From positions 1 to 64,000 of IMG/VR virus record IMGVR_UViG_3300043446_004155: DNA of 64,000 nt; one strand, written 5' to 3'. How positions within the stretch are numbered: the first letter of the stretch is position 1; every line of letters begins with the position of its first letter. Positions 25,337-34,900 of the stretch are shown in pieces. A program made the position numbers and the translations under genes. Source of the stretch: a virus. The notes below the pieces were generated by a model that ran no database searches, had not been told where the DNA came from, and saw nothing but the letters and a program-made list of their open reading frames with translations.

Positions 25337-25960
25337 ATGTCTTACAACACCGAACAACTAAAAGAAATTGCGCGGCAGAAGGCCCGTGATTTTGGTGTGA
25401 ATGAAGACATTTTCTTGAAGCTTGTAGGCGCCGAATCAGGCTGGAATCCACGCGCCAAAAGCAGTGCCGGCGCCGAAGGGCTTGTTCAGTTGATGCCTGC
25501 CACCGCACAAGGTCTTGGTGTATCTAATCCCTATGATCCCGTTCAAAGCCTGACAGGTGGTGCTCGTTACTTGAGTCAACAACTCAAGCGTTTTGGTTCT
25601 TACGACAAAGCCTTGGCCGCTTATAACTCTGGTCCAGGCACTGTTGAAAGGTATGGTGGTATTCCTCCCTTCAAGGAAACACAGAACTACGTGAAAAAAA
25701 TCCTTGGAGGCGGAACTCCACCCGCAGCCAAGCCGCAAGCTCAAGTCGCAGAAGCCCCTGGAGCAAATCCACAAGATTTCTTAAAGGGTTACCTTTTGCA
25801 AACTTTGCTGATGGGCGCACAAAACCCTGTTCCTTCACTGGGAGAACAGTTATTTAAGACTGCGTTCCAGCGGCCAATGACTCAAGCTGAGTCGGACATT
25901 TCAACGGCGTCTTTATTTACGCCTAGGACACCGTTCCTTGAATCGTTGACTCAGTTTTAA
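25337..25960 (+). CDS. Lytic transglycosylase (SLT domain)
   Basis: [39 protein letters not shown]. Confidence 0.92.
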   Translation: MSYNTEQLKEIARQKARDFGVNEDIFLKLVGAESGWNPRAKSSAGAEGLVQLMPATAQGLGVSNPYDPVQSLTGGARYLSQQLKRFGSYDKALAAYNSGPGTVERYGGIPPFKETQNYVKKILGGGTPPAAKPQAQVAEAPGANPQDFLKGYLLQTLLMGAQNPVPSLGEQLFKTAFQRPMTQAESDISTASLFTPRTPFLESLTQF

Positions 25961-26067
25961 TTCATAGGCTCCACTTACCTGGGGCCTTTCTCATCTAAAG
26001 AGTTTTTACATTAAAATAGATTTTAAAGGCCCTGTACTTGGCAAAAGTTTAATACACGAGAACGCAC

Positions 26068-26847
26068 ATGTCATCGACGAGTTCGAACAAGCAACCCCTG
26101 TTTATTGACCGTCCGTTATTTGACACGGTCCGGGTTACTACGCAGACTGTTGGCAGTCAAGCCAGTAATACGATTTTCGTGCAGGGTGGCCAGGCTCCAT
26201 CGATCCTGGTGGACATGGACGCTGCTCTTAGCGAAGACAATAACAATGGCGGTGTTGTTGATTCGATTACGATTGCACGTAACGACCGTTATCGAGATGC
26301 CGATTACACCGTCAATGCTTCAACGTCTGGTACCGTTGTTGCATTGACGAGTGGGCAAGTCGTTTATATTCAATCTTCTGCGGTTCTTACCAATGGCACC
26401 GCAAGTGGCGTAGGTTACTACACCTATACCGGCTCGGGTACTTTAACCGGTGTCAATACTGCCTTGAATTATTCGGGTGCTATTGCAAGTGGTTTTCAAT
26501 ATCAAGGTGTCGCTTACGGGTATCAACCAGCCGTAACTTTTGTTTTCTATCAGACCCGTAATACGACCACTCCTATCCCAGCCAGTGGCGATTACCGTGT
26601 CCTGTTCGCCAAGACAGTCCCAGCTAACAGCGGCATTGTTGACTGCTCAGACGTGATGCCGCAATTGGCGATTCCGATGCCAACCGCAGGCAATACCAAC
26701 GGTCTTGGTCCCAGCGCACCTCTCCGCAACAAGGGGATTTACCTGGAGCGCGGTGACCGTATTTATGTGGGTGTCTTTGCGGAAGGCCCCAACATTTCTG
26801 GTTATAACCCAGGCGCTCATGTGTATGCACAAGGCGGATTCTTCTAA
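26068..26847 (+). CDS. Beta-rich structural (tail/neck) protein
   Basis: T/G/S/V-rich; structural context. Confidence 0.6.
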   Translation: MSSTSSNKQPLFIDRPLFDTVRVTTQTVGSQASNTIFVQGGQAPSILVDMDAALSEDNNNGGVVDSITIARNDRYRDADYTVNASTSGTVVALTSGQVVYIQSSAVLTNGTASGVGYYTYTGSGTLTGVNTALNYSGAIASGFQYQGVAYGYQPAVTFVFYQTRNTTTPIPASGDYRVLFAKTVPANSGIVDCSDVMPQLAIPMPTAGNTNGLGPSAPLRNKGIYLERGDRIYVGVFAEGPNISGYNPGAHVYAQGGFF

Positions 26848-26853
26848 TGTGCT

Positions 26854-28392
26854 GTGACTAAATCAAAAGGTACGTTTGGATCCTTTGCGTCTTTCACTAA
26901 AGAAAAAGACAAGGGTCCATTTCGCTTGAAGCCGATCACAACCGAGTTCTCGAAGGGTTCGATCCCTGATTCCATAAGCACGGCCAATCGGGAATCAGCA
27001 TGGTCCAGATGGCGTCGTGGCTATGAGTTGGCCACGGCAACTTTTTACGATAACGATTTCACTTATCAATTTCAATATCAAATTCCTGTTCCTTCGGGAA
27101 CTCCAAGTTCGGTAGCCAATCCAAACCCTATTATTTCGGGTGCATTTGTTGGGTTCCCTACGACCAACAAAGAGCTCGGCATGCATTGGGCAGGTTGGCG
27201 TTACGCCGGTTCCATGAGAAGTGATAAGTTAAAAGACCCCATTACAAACGACAGACTTTACATTGAATCAATTACACAGGACCAGAGCAACTGGTATGTA
27301 AAGCTTGCGGGTTCCTGGAGCGCAGCCAACCCACTTCCTCCTCCCTTTTATGTCGCCGTTCCAGGTGTGCCAGGAGGTTTAAAACCTTTAATTACTGAGA
27401 TCCTGGAGGATCGCGTCATCACAATTGATGGTGACATTATTGATAAAGATACAATTGACCCGACAACTCAAAAACGATATGGTTACGTTCAGGCTGTATT
27501 GACAGCCGTTAATCAAAACACAGGTATACTGACTTTCAAGAAAGCTGGTTCAGTGCAAGTGACACCGGACCAAGAATACTTAACTCCCTCTCCAGCTCAG
27601 TTTACCGTTGGGAGGTACTTAATTACTGGCGCAAGATTCTGCTGTTCATGTCAAGATTTTACCCACAGGGATTATGCCTTCTTGACAAACCCTTCCGCTA
27701 AAGACAAGAAATTTTTTCCACGCAATAACATTTCATCGGTTAAACCCGGACGTTATGAGGTCACAACACTGAGCGGAGTTGTTGATAACAATGCAATGAA
27801 TCCGGCTACCGTCAATAGACAGATGGATGTTTATGCACCTTCTGGATACAGCGTACCGTTTTCTTTATCCACTTCAACAACAATTGATAACAACGCCACT
27901 CGAGATAATGTTGGCGTTTATCGTGAATTTGGTGCAACGTATTTAAGAAGTACTTCGAACCCTGCAATCCCTGGATCAAAAGCAGAAGGGATGCCACTCT
28001 ACGATGACTACACATCTGAACAAGGTGTTATCACGGCAATCACAGATAACTGGACGCCGTTATTAGATGAGATGCGTTATTGCAAACATATTTACGCACT
28101 TAAATTCAAAGACAATACGTTCCCTCCTGAGCCTTCTGATTTTCCTGTTCAAATCGGAAGCATGGCTGCGTGGGAACAAAAGCTAGTCGAAAATACCGAA
28201 AACGAACAGAAGGAAGCAGCATCATTTGTGATGACCATGAGATCTCTTGCAGATATGGACGTTCCTCCATACAACTGCCAAAGCCCGATGATGATGCCAA
28301 TGATGCAAAAACTATTTAATGTTCCTGCTGACTTTATCGTGATGCAAGGTTTTACCATGTTTGATAAAGACGGGAAACCATATAAGCCTTGA
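26854..28392 (+). CDS. Protein with a split SWIM-like Zn finger
   Basis: FCCSCQDF ... YCKHIYAL. Confidence 0.6.
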   Translation: MTKSKGTFGSFASFTKEKDKGPFRLKPITTEFSKGSIPDSISTANRESAWSRWRRGYELATATFYDNDFTYQFQYQIPVPSGTPSSVANPNPIISGAFVGFPTTNKELGMHWAGWRYAGSMRSDKLKDPITNDRLYIESITQDQSNWYVKLAGSWSAANPLPPPFYVAVPGVPGGLKPLITEILEDRVITIDGDIIDKDTIDPTTQKRYGYVQAVLTAVNQNTGILTFKKAGSVQVTPDQEYLTPSPAQFTVGRYLITGARFCCSCQDFTHRDYAFLTNPSAKDKKFFPRNNISSVKPGRYEVTTLSGVVDNNAMNPATVNRQMDVYAPSGYSVPFSLSTSTTIDNNATRDNVGVYREFGATYLRSTSNPAIPGSKAEGMPLYDDYTSEQGVITAITDNWTPLLDEMRYCKHIYALKFKDNTFPPEPSDFPVQIGSMAAWEQKLVENTENEQKEAASFVMTMRSLADMDVPPYNCQSPMMMPMMQKLFNVPADFIVMQGFTMFDKDGKPYKP

Positions 28393-28420
28393 CATAATTC
28401 TTAATAAGGTATACTTATGT

Positions 28421-28438
28421 TAAGTCTCACGAGACTTA
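28421..28438. promoter_or_regulatory. Palindromic operator-like site
   Basis: TAAGTCTC-AC-GAGACTTA, just downstream of TTGACA (28389) and TATACT (28410). Confidence 0.5.
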
Positions 28439-28511
28439 TTAGGAATTCCTTAAGAAATCGCGCCCCGTGACGTACCATTCCTAGGTTCTGGTCACGGAGA
28501 CTGTTTTAACC

Positions 28512-28934
28512 ATGACTCAGCCCATCCCTGTTGACCAGAGGATTGTTGACGAGTTTTTTCAGTTGAGCTCCCAGCGTGCCCACAAGGGAGTTGCCTGGTT
28601 GTTTGGTATGATTGCAACTTATGGCGTTAAGCCAGAAGAACTTTCTTCCTTTGACTGGGGACCGGAGAGCACGTTGATCGTGACCAACAAAAAACGTCCG
28701 ATCCGCCCGCTGCACCCACAGTGGGTCTTTCTATTTGACCTACAGAAAAAACGGCCTTGCGAAATGCAAGACCGTCTACCCATCCTTTCGTCGAGTCTAT
28801 ACAGGCTGATGGCTCACCAGGTCATCAGCGTTAACATCACAGATTTACTGTTGGCTCATAGGCTACGGAAACAACACTACAAGCAAATCAAGCAACAGCA
28901 GCAAGCTTCTCCTGCTTACGCAGGTGCTTTCTGA
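28512..28934 (+). CDS. Degenerate mini tyrosine-recombinase-fold protein
   Basis: WLFGMIATYGVKPEEL matches the cyanobacterial integrase box I with R>K; IRPLHPQWV; no intact box II or catalytic Tyr region. Confidence 0.6.
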   Translation: MTQPIPVDQRIVDEFFQLSSQRAHKGVAWLFGMIATYGVKPEELSSFDWGPESTLIVTNKKRPIRPLHPQWVFLFDLQKKRPCEMQDRLPILSSSLYRLMAHQVISVNITDLLLAHRLRKQHYKQIKQQQQASPAYAGAF

Positions 28935-29106
28935 CTGCTTCCACATTCCAGCGGTAACCATCCCTGGAACGAGTCTCCGGGAATGCGGCGAAATGGGGAC
29001 CGAGCTTTAGCGTGCCATTGTCCCGCATGCGGAAGAGTTCCTTGCGGTCAATACCGAGGAGTTCTTCGGCGCGGGTAACGGAGACCCAGCCTGTGTTTTG
29101 AGCCAT
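28888..29106 (-). CDS. Excisionase-like/winged HTH DNA-binding protein
   Basis: WVSVTRAEELLGIDRKELFRMRDNGTLKLGPHF...YRWNVEAV. Confidence 0.7.
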   Translation of the reverse strand: MAQNTGWVSVTRAEELLGIDRKELFRMRDNGTLKLGPHFAAFPETRSRDGYRWNVEAVRKHLRKQEKLAAVA

Positions 29107-29246
29107 GACTTAGGCGTCAGGGTGAACAACTCTCGTACGGTAACGGTTTAGAGCCTTGGGTCAAGGGCATTCATACTTTTTTAATGCTCGCATGAAGAAC
29201 TGTAAAGCTTAAGGAAATTAAAATAAGGTAACGGCAACTAAAGAGC

Positions 29247-29741
29247 ATGTATTACAGCGAGCATGAGCCCATTGCCCTTCTCGTTGAAATCACGCCAAAG
29301 TTAGCAAAGAAACGTTTTAGGGATGAGATCTATAAGTCCTGGAACCACAAATGCGCTTATTGTGGAGACGATGCAACAAGCTTGGACCATGTGATTCCGC
29401 GTCATAAATCAGGTGAGACAACTCGCAAAAATTTAGTGCCAGCCTGCAGGCGCTGCAATGCTTCCAAGGCATCTTACAAGTTACACGAGTGGTACTTAAA
29501 TCAAGATTTCTTTTCTAAAGCTAGGCTCAATAGAATTGAGAGATGGATTGATCAGAATCCTTTCCAGGTATTGCATTGGGAAGAAGAAACAGATTCATCA
29601 TTAGTACGAGTTAATTATGTCGGACAAACCAAGGAAAGCTGTGGCTGCTGCCAAGCGATACCAGAAGGACAAGATGAAATGCAACTCGCCGCAGCGTACC
29701 CCCGGTCACAAGACCAAATCTCATATTGTCAAAGCTTGTGA
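29247..29741 (+). CDS. HNH endonuclease (cyanobacterial McrA-like)
   Basis: CAYCG...SLDHVIPRHKSG...NLVPACRRCNASK. Confidence 0.88.
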   Translation: MYYSEHEPIALLVEITPKLAKKRFRDEIYKSWNHKCAYCGDDATSLDHVIPRHKSGETTRKNLVPACRRCNASKASYKLHEWYLNQDFFSKARLNRIERWIDQNPFQVLHWEEETDSSLVRVNYVGQTKESCGCCQAIPEGQDEMQLAAAYPRSQDQISYCQSL

Positions 29742-29919
29742 AGGAGGTGAGGAGAAGATCATTCGCTTTGGACAGCAAGGCGTAGAAGGCGCCGGCAAGA
29801 ACCCCAAAACAGAAAAGGACAAAGCCCGCAAGAAGTCGTATTATGCACGACATAATGCCCAGGATCCCAATCCTGACAAGATGTCTGCACGGTACTGGAG
29901 TCATAAAACGAAATGGTAA
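29617..29919 (+). CDS. Basic conserved phage protein
   Basis: KSHIVKAC...IIRFGQQG...RKKSYYARH...SARYWS. Confidence 0.75.
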   Translation: MSDKPRKAVAAAKRYQKDKMKCNSPQRTPGHKTKSHIVKACEGGEEKIIRFGQQGVEGAGKNPKTEKDKARKKSYYARHNAQDPNPDKMSARYWSHKTKW

Positions 29920-30031
29920 ATAGCGTCAAGTGGTATAATGTTCGATGGGTCACTCCTAAGGAACAATCCAACAACAGGCGTGCCAGGAACTCAGTTTGCC
30001 GCTAAACTGCGTGGGCTGATTTCTTTCCAGC

Positions 30032-30157
30032 ATGGCAAAACCCAAATCCTCCGGCTCCATCAAAATTCAATCCAAGCCCAAAAAAACTCGTCAGGGACAG
30101 GGAATGAATTCACTTCCTAATCACGGACGTAAACAACGTCGCGGTCAAGGGAAGTAA
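30032..30157 (+). CDS. 41-aa Lys/Arg-rich peptide absent from the track
   Basis: MAKPKSSGSIKIQSKPKKTRQGQGMNSLPNHGRKQRRGQGK. Confidence 0.6.
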   Translation: MAKPKSSGSIKIQSKPKKTRQGQGMNSLPNHGRKQRRGQGK

Positions 30158-30193
30158 TTATTTGTGTATATTGGGGGTAATTAAGTTACCCCC

Positions 30194-30859
30194 ATGTCTG
30201 ATTTTTCTGCTGCAATTGAACTAATCAGAAAATACGAAGGGTATAACGAGAAGGCTTACCCAGATCCAACCACTGGTGCCGAGCCGTACACCATTGGTTA
30301 TGGCACCCAGTTTTATCCGGACGGCTCTCCAGTCAGGCGCGGACATCTTTGCACAAAACGCAAAGCTCTGGAGTACCTGTACCACGAATTAGAAGTCCTT
30401 GATACAGAGCTAAAGAAACTAAATCTTGGCCTTGATGATTCAATGCATCAAGCTTTGCTTTCGTTTTGTCATTCCGTAGGCTGGAGCTCCTTCCTGTACA
30501 GCAATATCATCGATTGCCTAGAACGAGAAGACTGGCGTGGTGCAAGCCAAGAGATTCCCAAATGGGTCTTTGATCAAGACCATAAGATGGTTGGCGCCCT
30601 TTTGCACCGCCGCCAGGAAGAGGTAGCGCTGTTCTTGCGTCAGGCCAATGACAACCCCTGGATCTCTGCAGAGATTCTCTTGACGGCTTTCCGTAATTAC
30701 AGCGCAGCTGCCCACCAGGTACGTGCAATCCGCATCCTTGAGGAATCCATCAATCCTTACACCTTGTCTGAATTTGCTAATAACTACAGGATTGACGAAG
30801 ACCCCTGGTGCGCCTCAGAGTACGAGGATTTCGATCCTCAAGGCATCTGTGACATTTAG
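30194..30859 (+). CDS. Lysozyme (GH24, T4/P21-like)
   Basis: IRKYEG...AYPD...YTIGYG catalytic E-D-T pattern; LLHRRQEE. Confidence 0.88.
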   Translation: MSDFSAAIELIRKYEGYNEKAYPDPTTGAEPYTIGYGTQFYPDGSPVRRGHLCTKRKALEYLYHELEVLDTELKKLNLGLDDSMHQALLSFCHSVGWSSFLYSNIIDCLEREDWRGASQEIPKWVFDQDHKMVGALLHRRQEEVALFLRQANDNPWISAEILLTAFRNYSAAAHQVRAIRILEESINPYTLSEFANNYRIDEDPWCASEYEDFDPQGICDI

Positions 30860-30883
30860 CCCTAGAATAGTTCTAATTGAAGT

Positions 30884-31183
30884 ATGAAACCAGGAATGGA
30901 CAGATCGGTTGAACCTCACCAATTTGAGCTTCCTTTAGAGCTTCAATTCTCGATGCGCAAGGCCGAGCTACAGGCTCAGGAGATGACGTGGGATCAGCTT
31001 TATTCCGCACTTCTGAATTTGTACCACCAACGCCTGATGGAGTGGTATGCGGTTAAATCATTGATGGCCGATGAGAATGTCAATATCGAGTTTGACATCC
31101 CCACCGACCTTGAATTAGCAGAACTTGCCGCCGCATGCATTTACGACGACGAGGATGATGACGACGAACTTCAGCCGTTCTGA
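30884..31183 (+). CDS. nblA: NblA-like phycobilisome degradation protein with acidic C-terminal extension
   Basis: ELPLELQFSMRKAELQAQEMTWDQLYSALLNLYHQRL fits the NblA pattern LSLEQQF...MS.EQ....L..LY.Q. Confidence 0.7.
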   Translation: MKPGMDRSVEPHQFELPLELQFSMRKAELQAQEMTWDQLYSALLNLYHQRLMEWYAVKSLMADENVNIEFDIPTDLELAELAAACIYDDEDDDDELQPF

Positions 31184-31680
31184 GCTTCGTCAAATTGAAT
31201 GAGGCGATCCAAGTACCACTGAGCTTTTTTCAGGGACTTTGTACCGCCTTTCAGTCGTTCACGCCATCCATATTTCATCAAATTGCCTTTGCAGTAACCA
31301 CGGAATTCTTCCGGAGTTAACGAAGCCTCAATAGCTTCAATGCACTCAATTTCACCATCGGTGTAGTGCGGAGGATGGTTCACCTCGTCTGGTTGAACCA
31401 CAGGTGCTTCTTCCTTGACAGCCCAAGGTACCGGGCAGACGCCGTCTTTACATTCCATCTTGAGAGTATCGTCAGTTTCTACCGGAGCAAACCACGCCTT
31501 TTCTGGGACAGAAGCAGTTCTTCCTCCGGAGCCATTCCCAAGTCCAGCACTAAGGTCTTTGGTCGTGGAGATGAAGCTGGGTACATCTCCACTGCTTCCT
31601 CCATCGATGGGATATAACCCGTCATTCCAGGCCGTGCCCCCTCGAGTTCCAGTGGATTCCTCTCCAGTCCCTCTTCGCAT
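31171..31680 (-). CDS. DUF3310 / T7 gp1.7-like nucleotide kinase domain protein (true start probably internal)
   Basis: DEVNHPPHYTDGEIECIEAI...GYCKGNLMKYGWR...SLKKAQWYL. Confidence 0.8.
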   Translation of the reverse strand: MRRGTGEESTGTRGGTAWNDGLYPIDGGSSGDVPSFISTTKDLSAGLGNGSGGRTASVPEKAWFAPVETDDTLKMECKDGVCPVPWAVKEEAPVVQPDEVNHPPHYTDGEIECIEAIEASLTPEEFRGYCKGNLMKYGWRERLKGGTKSLKKAQWYLDRLIQFDEAQNG

Positions 31681-31835
31681 AACGTCAAGCCGCGATTGTA
31701 CTGGTCATATAATGGCACATCATTTTCTTCATTGTCGAGATCAGTGCCAAATGTTGCCTGATTCAGACAACGGCACATGACTTCATCAATGATGCTTTGA
31801 CCGAGACCGTCGCGGTAATCAGCAGGGCTATGCAT
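31479..31835 (-). CDS. Acidic hypothetical protein
   Basis: ORF track; overlaps the 5' part of the DUF3310 ORF. Confidence 0.55.
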   Translation of the reverse strand: MHSPADYRDGLGQSIIDEVMCRCLNQATFGTDLDNEENDVPLYDQYNRGLTLCEEGLERNPLELEGARPGMTGYIPSMEEAVEMYPASSPRPKTLVLDLGMAPEEELLLSQKRRGLLR

Positions 31836-31876
31836 GGAAATATCCTGGCCTAAATTGCCTCGATTACAATATTAAC

Positions 31877-32338
31877 ATGGCAAGATTCTATAACCCACGT
31901 CGAGAAAATATCGACCAACCGGTGGATACACCAGTTGGTTACAAAGGTCGGCTTGAGTACGACCCACGCCATGATTCTGGTTCTTCTGGTGGTGAAGTCA
32001 GTGACCTTACGCCGGAACGTCAATATGACGTTGACTTACGTCGACTAGATCGAGAGGAGCGCGATACAGCTGCAGCCGCTGATACCGCCAACGTTATTCA
32101 GCAGGGTCGTGTTTCGCGTTACCTCAATGCAGCACGTTTGGCCGAGAAGTATAAATCTCAGGCCGATACAAAGTATCCAATCATTGGTAATTCCGTGGGA
32201 CGTTATCCATCAGGCCGACAGGGTGTTGTTCTACCAAGCTTGGGTGATGCTCCAGGGGCTCGTGGAAGTGTCAACTATCCCAACAAGCCCCAGCCGCGTA
32301 CAGGCCGTGCTTACAACTGGCTTGATTCCTTTGCTTGA
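31877..32338 (+). CDS. Hypothetical hydrophilic protein
   Basis: ORF track; TACAAT upstream. Confidence 0.6.
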   Translation: MARFYNPRRENIDQPVDTPVGYKGRLEYDPRHDSGSSGGEVSDLTPERQYDVDLRRLDREERDTAAAADTANVIQQGRVSRYLNAARLAEKYKSQADTKYPIIGNSVGRYPSGRQGVVLPSLGDAPGARGSVNYPNKPQPRTGRAYNWLDSFA

Positions 32339-32926
32339 TCAGACCTTACTGAAGACAACTTCAGGGGCTTGATTCTGGTATTTACCCTTGCGGTCCTGGT
32401 AGCTAACTTCGCATGGGTTACCGCGATAGAAGAGGAGTTGGGTCACACCTTCATCTGCGTAAATACGGTTGAACAGTCCCGTGCAGTTACTGATTTCAAG
32501 CGTCAGGTAACCTTCCCAGCCACTCTCAGCAGGAGTGATATTAACCAGGATTCCCGATCGGGCATACGTAGATTTGCCAACGGCAACGACAGTCACATCA
32601 CGGGGGAGCTTGAGTCGCTCTCGTGCCACACCCAGGCAATACCCGTAGGGAGGAAGCAGGAAGTATTTGCCCTTCTCGTCTTCCAGCAATTCGGCATTAG
32701 TTAGGATCTCTGGCTTGAAATCCTTTGGATCGCATTCACCCTCTGAGATGCGTCCAAAAATAAGACATTGCTCCGGCGATAAACGAATGTCGTACCCATA
32801 AGAGCTCAGTCCATAGCTGAGAATACGGCGGCCATCTTCTTTGCTGACGAGGCGATCCTGGAACGGAACGATCATCTCCTCATCTTCCGCCAGCTGACGG
32901 ATTTCCTTATCGCAGAGAACGCTCAT
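32339..32926 (-). CDS. dcd: dCTP deaminase
   Basis: SYGLSSYGYDIRL, GKSTYARSG, NITPAESGWEGYLTLEISN, YQDRKGKYQNQ. Confidence 0.93.
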   Translation of the reverse strand: MSVLCDKEIRQLAEDEEMIVPFQDRLVSKEDGRRILSYGLSSYGYDIRLSPEQCLIFGRISEGECDPKDFKPEILTNAELLEDEKGKYFLLPPYGYCLGVARERLKLPRDVTVVAVGKSTYARSGILVNITPAESGWEGYLTLEISNCTGLFNRIYADEGVTQLLFYRGNPCEVSYQDRKGKYQNQAPEVVFSKV

Positions 32927-32958
32927 AGACCCTTTAAAGCTTTTTCAATATAGATCAT

Positions 32959-33546
32959 TTAGCAAAGAACACGCCCTTTTTCAGCGTAAATGTCGATAAA
33001 TTTCTGGGTTGCTTCACCGACATTGTCCTTGGGTTGCAGATAAACCAAGAATGAAGTACAGGTGTTGTGTTTCTTGATTCCTTCGTTTGTTCGTGCAACA
33101 AGCGTTGGTACAGTACGGAGAATGCACACAGGAAAATCAAAGAGACGCTGCTCGTACCTAAACATATCGGGGCAGTTGGAGAAATAAAGTCCTTCCTCAA
33201 TCTCGTTGTGGTACCAAGCTTTGAAAAGACGCCGAAACCAAACGGCATGGGACGATGTCAAAGTCGCAGAGCATGCCCTGGTCATTTTCCACCGCTCGTT
33301 CTTCTTATCCCAAAAGTACGTTCCGCTGGGTGGGAATAAGTAAACTTTGCCGAACCATTCTTGATCGTTCAGTCCATCATCCGTAGGTGTAAAGAAGTTT
33401 TTTGCGTTGATGTATTCATTGGCAAAAGCAGAGCTGGCTACATCAAGGTCGATGTGACCCATTAGGCCGTGCGCTGCTGCAACGAGATCTGCATTAGTCA
33501 CAAGCTCCAGATCTTCACGGCGCATGCCGCTTTTTGTAATTGCCAT
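32959..33546 (-). CDS. Phage Dam-like N6-adenine methyltransferase homologue with altered catalytic motif
   Basis: IDLDVASS, DDGLNDQEWFGKVYLFPPSG (NPPY expected). Confidence 0.65.
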   Translation of the reverse strand: MAITKSGMRREDLELVTNADLVAAAHGLMGHIDLDVASSAFANEYINAKNFFTPTDDGLNDQEWFGKVYLFPPSGTYFWDKKNERWKMTRACSATLTSSHAVWFRRLFKAWYHNEIEEGLYFSNCPDMFRYEQRLFDFPVCILRTVPTLVARTNEGIKKHNTCTSFLVYLQPKDNVGEATQKFIDIYAEKGRVLC

Positions 33547-33932
33547 TACGAGTTGGTTGCTTTGTTGTAATCCACTTCAAAATATCGAATGCCCTCGTCA
33601 TCATTAATGACGTATCCAGCTTTTTCAGTTGGATCAATTTTTTGTGCTGCAGAGAGAATACGACGGAAGCTCTCGGCTAAATCACCGTCATTTGCCCGTT
33701 CACACTCCTCTTGTGCTGAGTGAATTTCTTTAAGTGTCCAGAAGAACATCGAGCGTTCTTTGTTCCTTGGCTGGAACACCATCACGCCAGGCCCCTCTGC
33801 ATCCCACATTTTGCAGTAATGTTCGCCCATGTCACCAAGGATTAAACGCACTGTGGCATCCAGCATGCGGACCTTGGTATCGTCCATGTCAGGACCGATG
33901 GCCTGAGCAATTAATTTCTCGCGCCTATTCAT
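33546..33932 (-). CDS. Hypothetical protein
   Basis: ORF track; translationally coupled to neighbours. Confidence 0.7.
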   Translation of the reverse strand: MNRREKLIAQAIGPDMDDTKVRMLDATVRLILGDMGEHYCKMWDAEGPGVMVFQPRNKERSMFFWTLKEIHSAQEECERANDGDLAESFRRILSAAQKIDPTEKAGYVINDDEGIRYFEVDYNKATNS

Positions 33933-34407
33933 TGGATGCTAACCCTTGCTTTTGGAGGACTTCTTGGAGTTTGGGCAGTGGTTGATAGATGACAACCAAC
34001 TTGCCAAGAACCCCGCGTTTTTTAATAAGCTTACCGCTTTCGTCCCGAAGTTTGTCAAATTCACCGGAACGGATCAGATATTCGGCAACACAACGCAACC
34101 TCCGCTTAAGAGGAAGTTCTGCCGCTGGGAACTTGCTACAAATGGTATCGGGCTTCATGTCGCGGAAAGCAACACGTAATCGATTGGCCAAGGTCATGTT
34201 GGAATTCACGTCTTCTTCCTCGTAGTTCCTGATCACTTCCAGATAACGACGCAGGCAACCACCATCAAAAGACCCCTCGGGTGGCATAAAACATTCCACC
34301 TGCAGAGCCAAGGAAACTGGAAGGAGTTCTTTGTAATTCTCCAGGCTGACTTCCTCGATTAGAAAGGTTTCGAACCTATGAGCCAGAGGTACTGTTTTCT
34401 TCTGCAT
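33925..34407 (-). CDS. Hypothetical protein, possible winged helix
   Basis: ORF track; basic C-terminal region. Confidence 0.6.
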   Translation of the reverse strand: MQKKTVPLAHRFETFLIEEVSLENYKELLPVSLALQVECFMPPEGSFDGGCLRRYLEVIRNYEEEDVNSNMTLANRLRVAFRDMKPDTICSKFPAAELPLKRRLRCVAEYLIRSGEFDKLRDESGKLIKKRGVLGKLVVIYQPLPKLQEVLQKQGLASNE

Positions 34408-34852
34408 CTGGAGAGTTTTCTAAGGAAGCCAAGTAAGCATCAATGGAATGCTCGTTAATTCGATAAGCGTGAGAATTTCTTTCTTTGTAGTCTCGATTAG
34501 TCAGTTCAGGGTTTTTGGCAAAAGAACGCACCAGGTGATTCCAGGGGATCCGAAGCTTGTTCTTTTTGCCGGCACCTGGATTGATGTTGACGTAATGAAC
34601 ACCCTCCGTCCAGCCAGCGCCTCTTGTACTGGTTTTGCCAATAGAAATCCAGTTGCGAATTGTTTGGTCAGACACTGACAAACGCCTGGCACACTCCTCG
34701 GTTGAAATGTATTCGTCTGCATACATCTCAGGGTTCGGACTGTTTTTATCTTTGGCACCTTGCTGTAGAGCCCAAAGACTGCCAAGAATGTTACGAATTC
34801 CTTTTAATTCGTAAGCGATGTCCTCTAGGCCTTTGCGAATTCCGTACGACAT
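34376..34852 (-). CDS. Excisionase-like HTH DNA-binding protein
   Basis: YISTEECARRLSVSDQTIRNWI...WTEGVHY. Confidence 0.75.
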   Translation of the reverse strand: MSYGIRKGLEDIAYELKGIRNILGSLWALQQGAKDKNSPNPEMYADEYISTEECARRLSVSDQTIRNWISIGKTSTRGAGWTEGVHYVNINPGAGKKNKLRIPWNHLVRSFAKNPELTNRDYKERNSHAYRINEHSIDAYLASLENSPDAEENSTSGS

Positions 34853-34900
34853 ACCTCAACTGTTTTGGCTAAATGCTAATGTATTTGAACAAGAGTTGTA

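Noticed and set aside
29617-29741. 125-nt overlap of the HNH tail with the next gene as a second overprinting case
   Set aside because: The tail lies beyond the HNH domain and looks like incidental read-through
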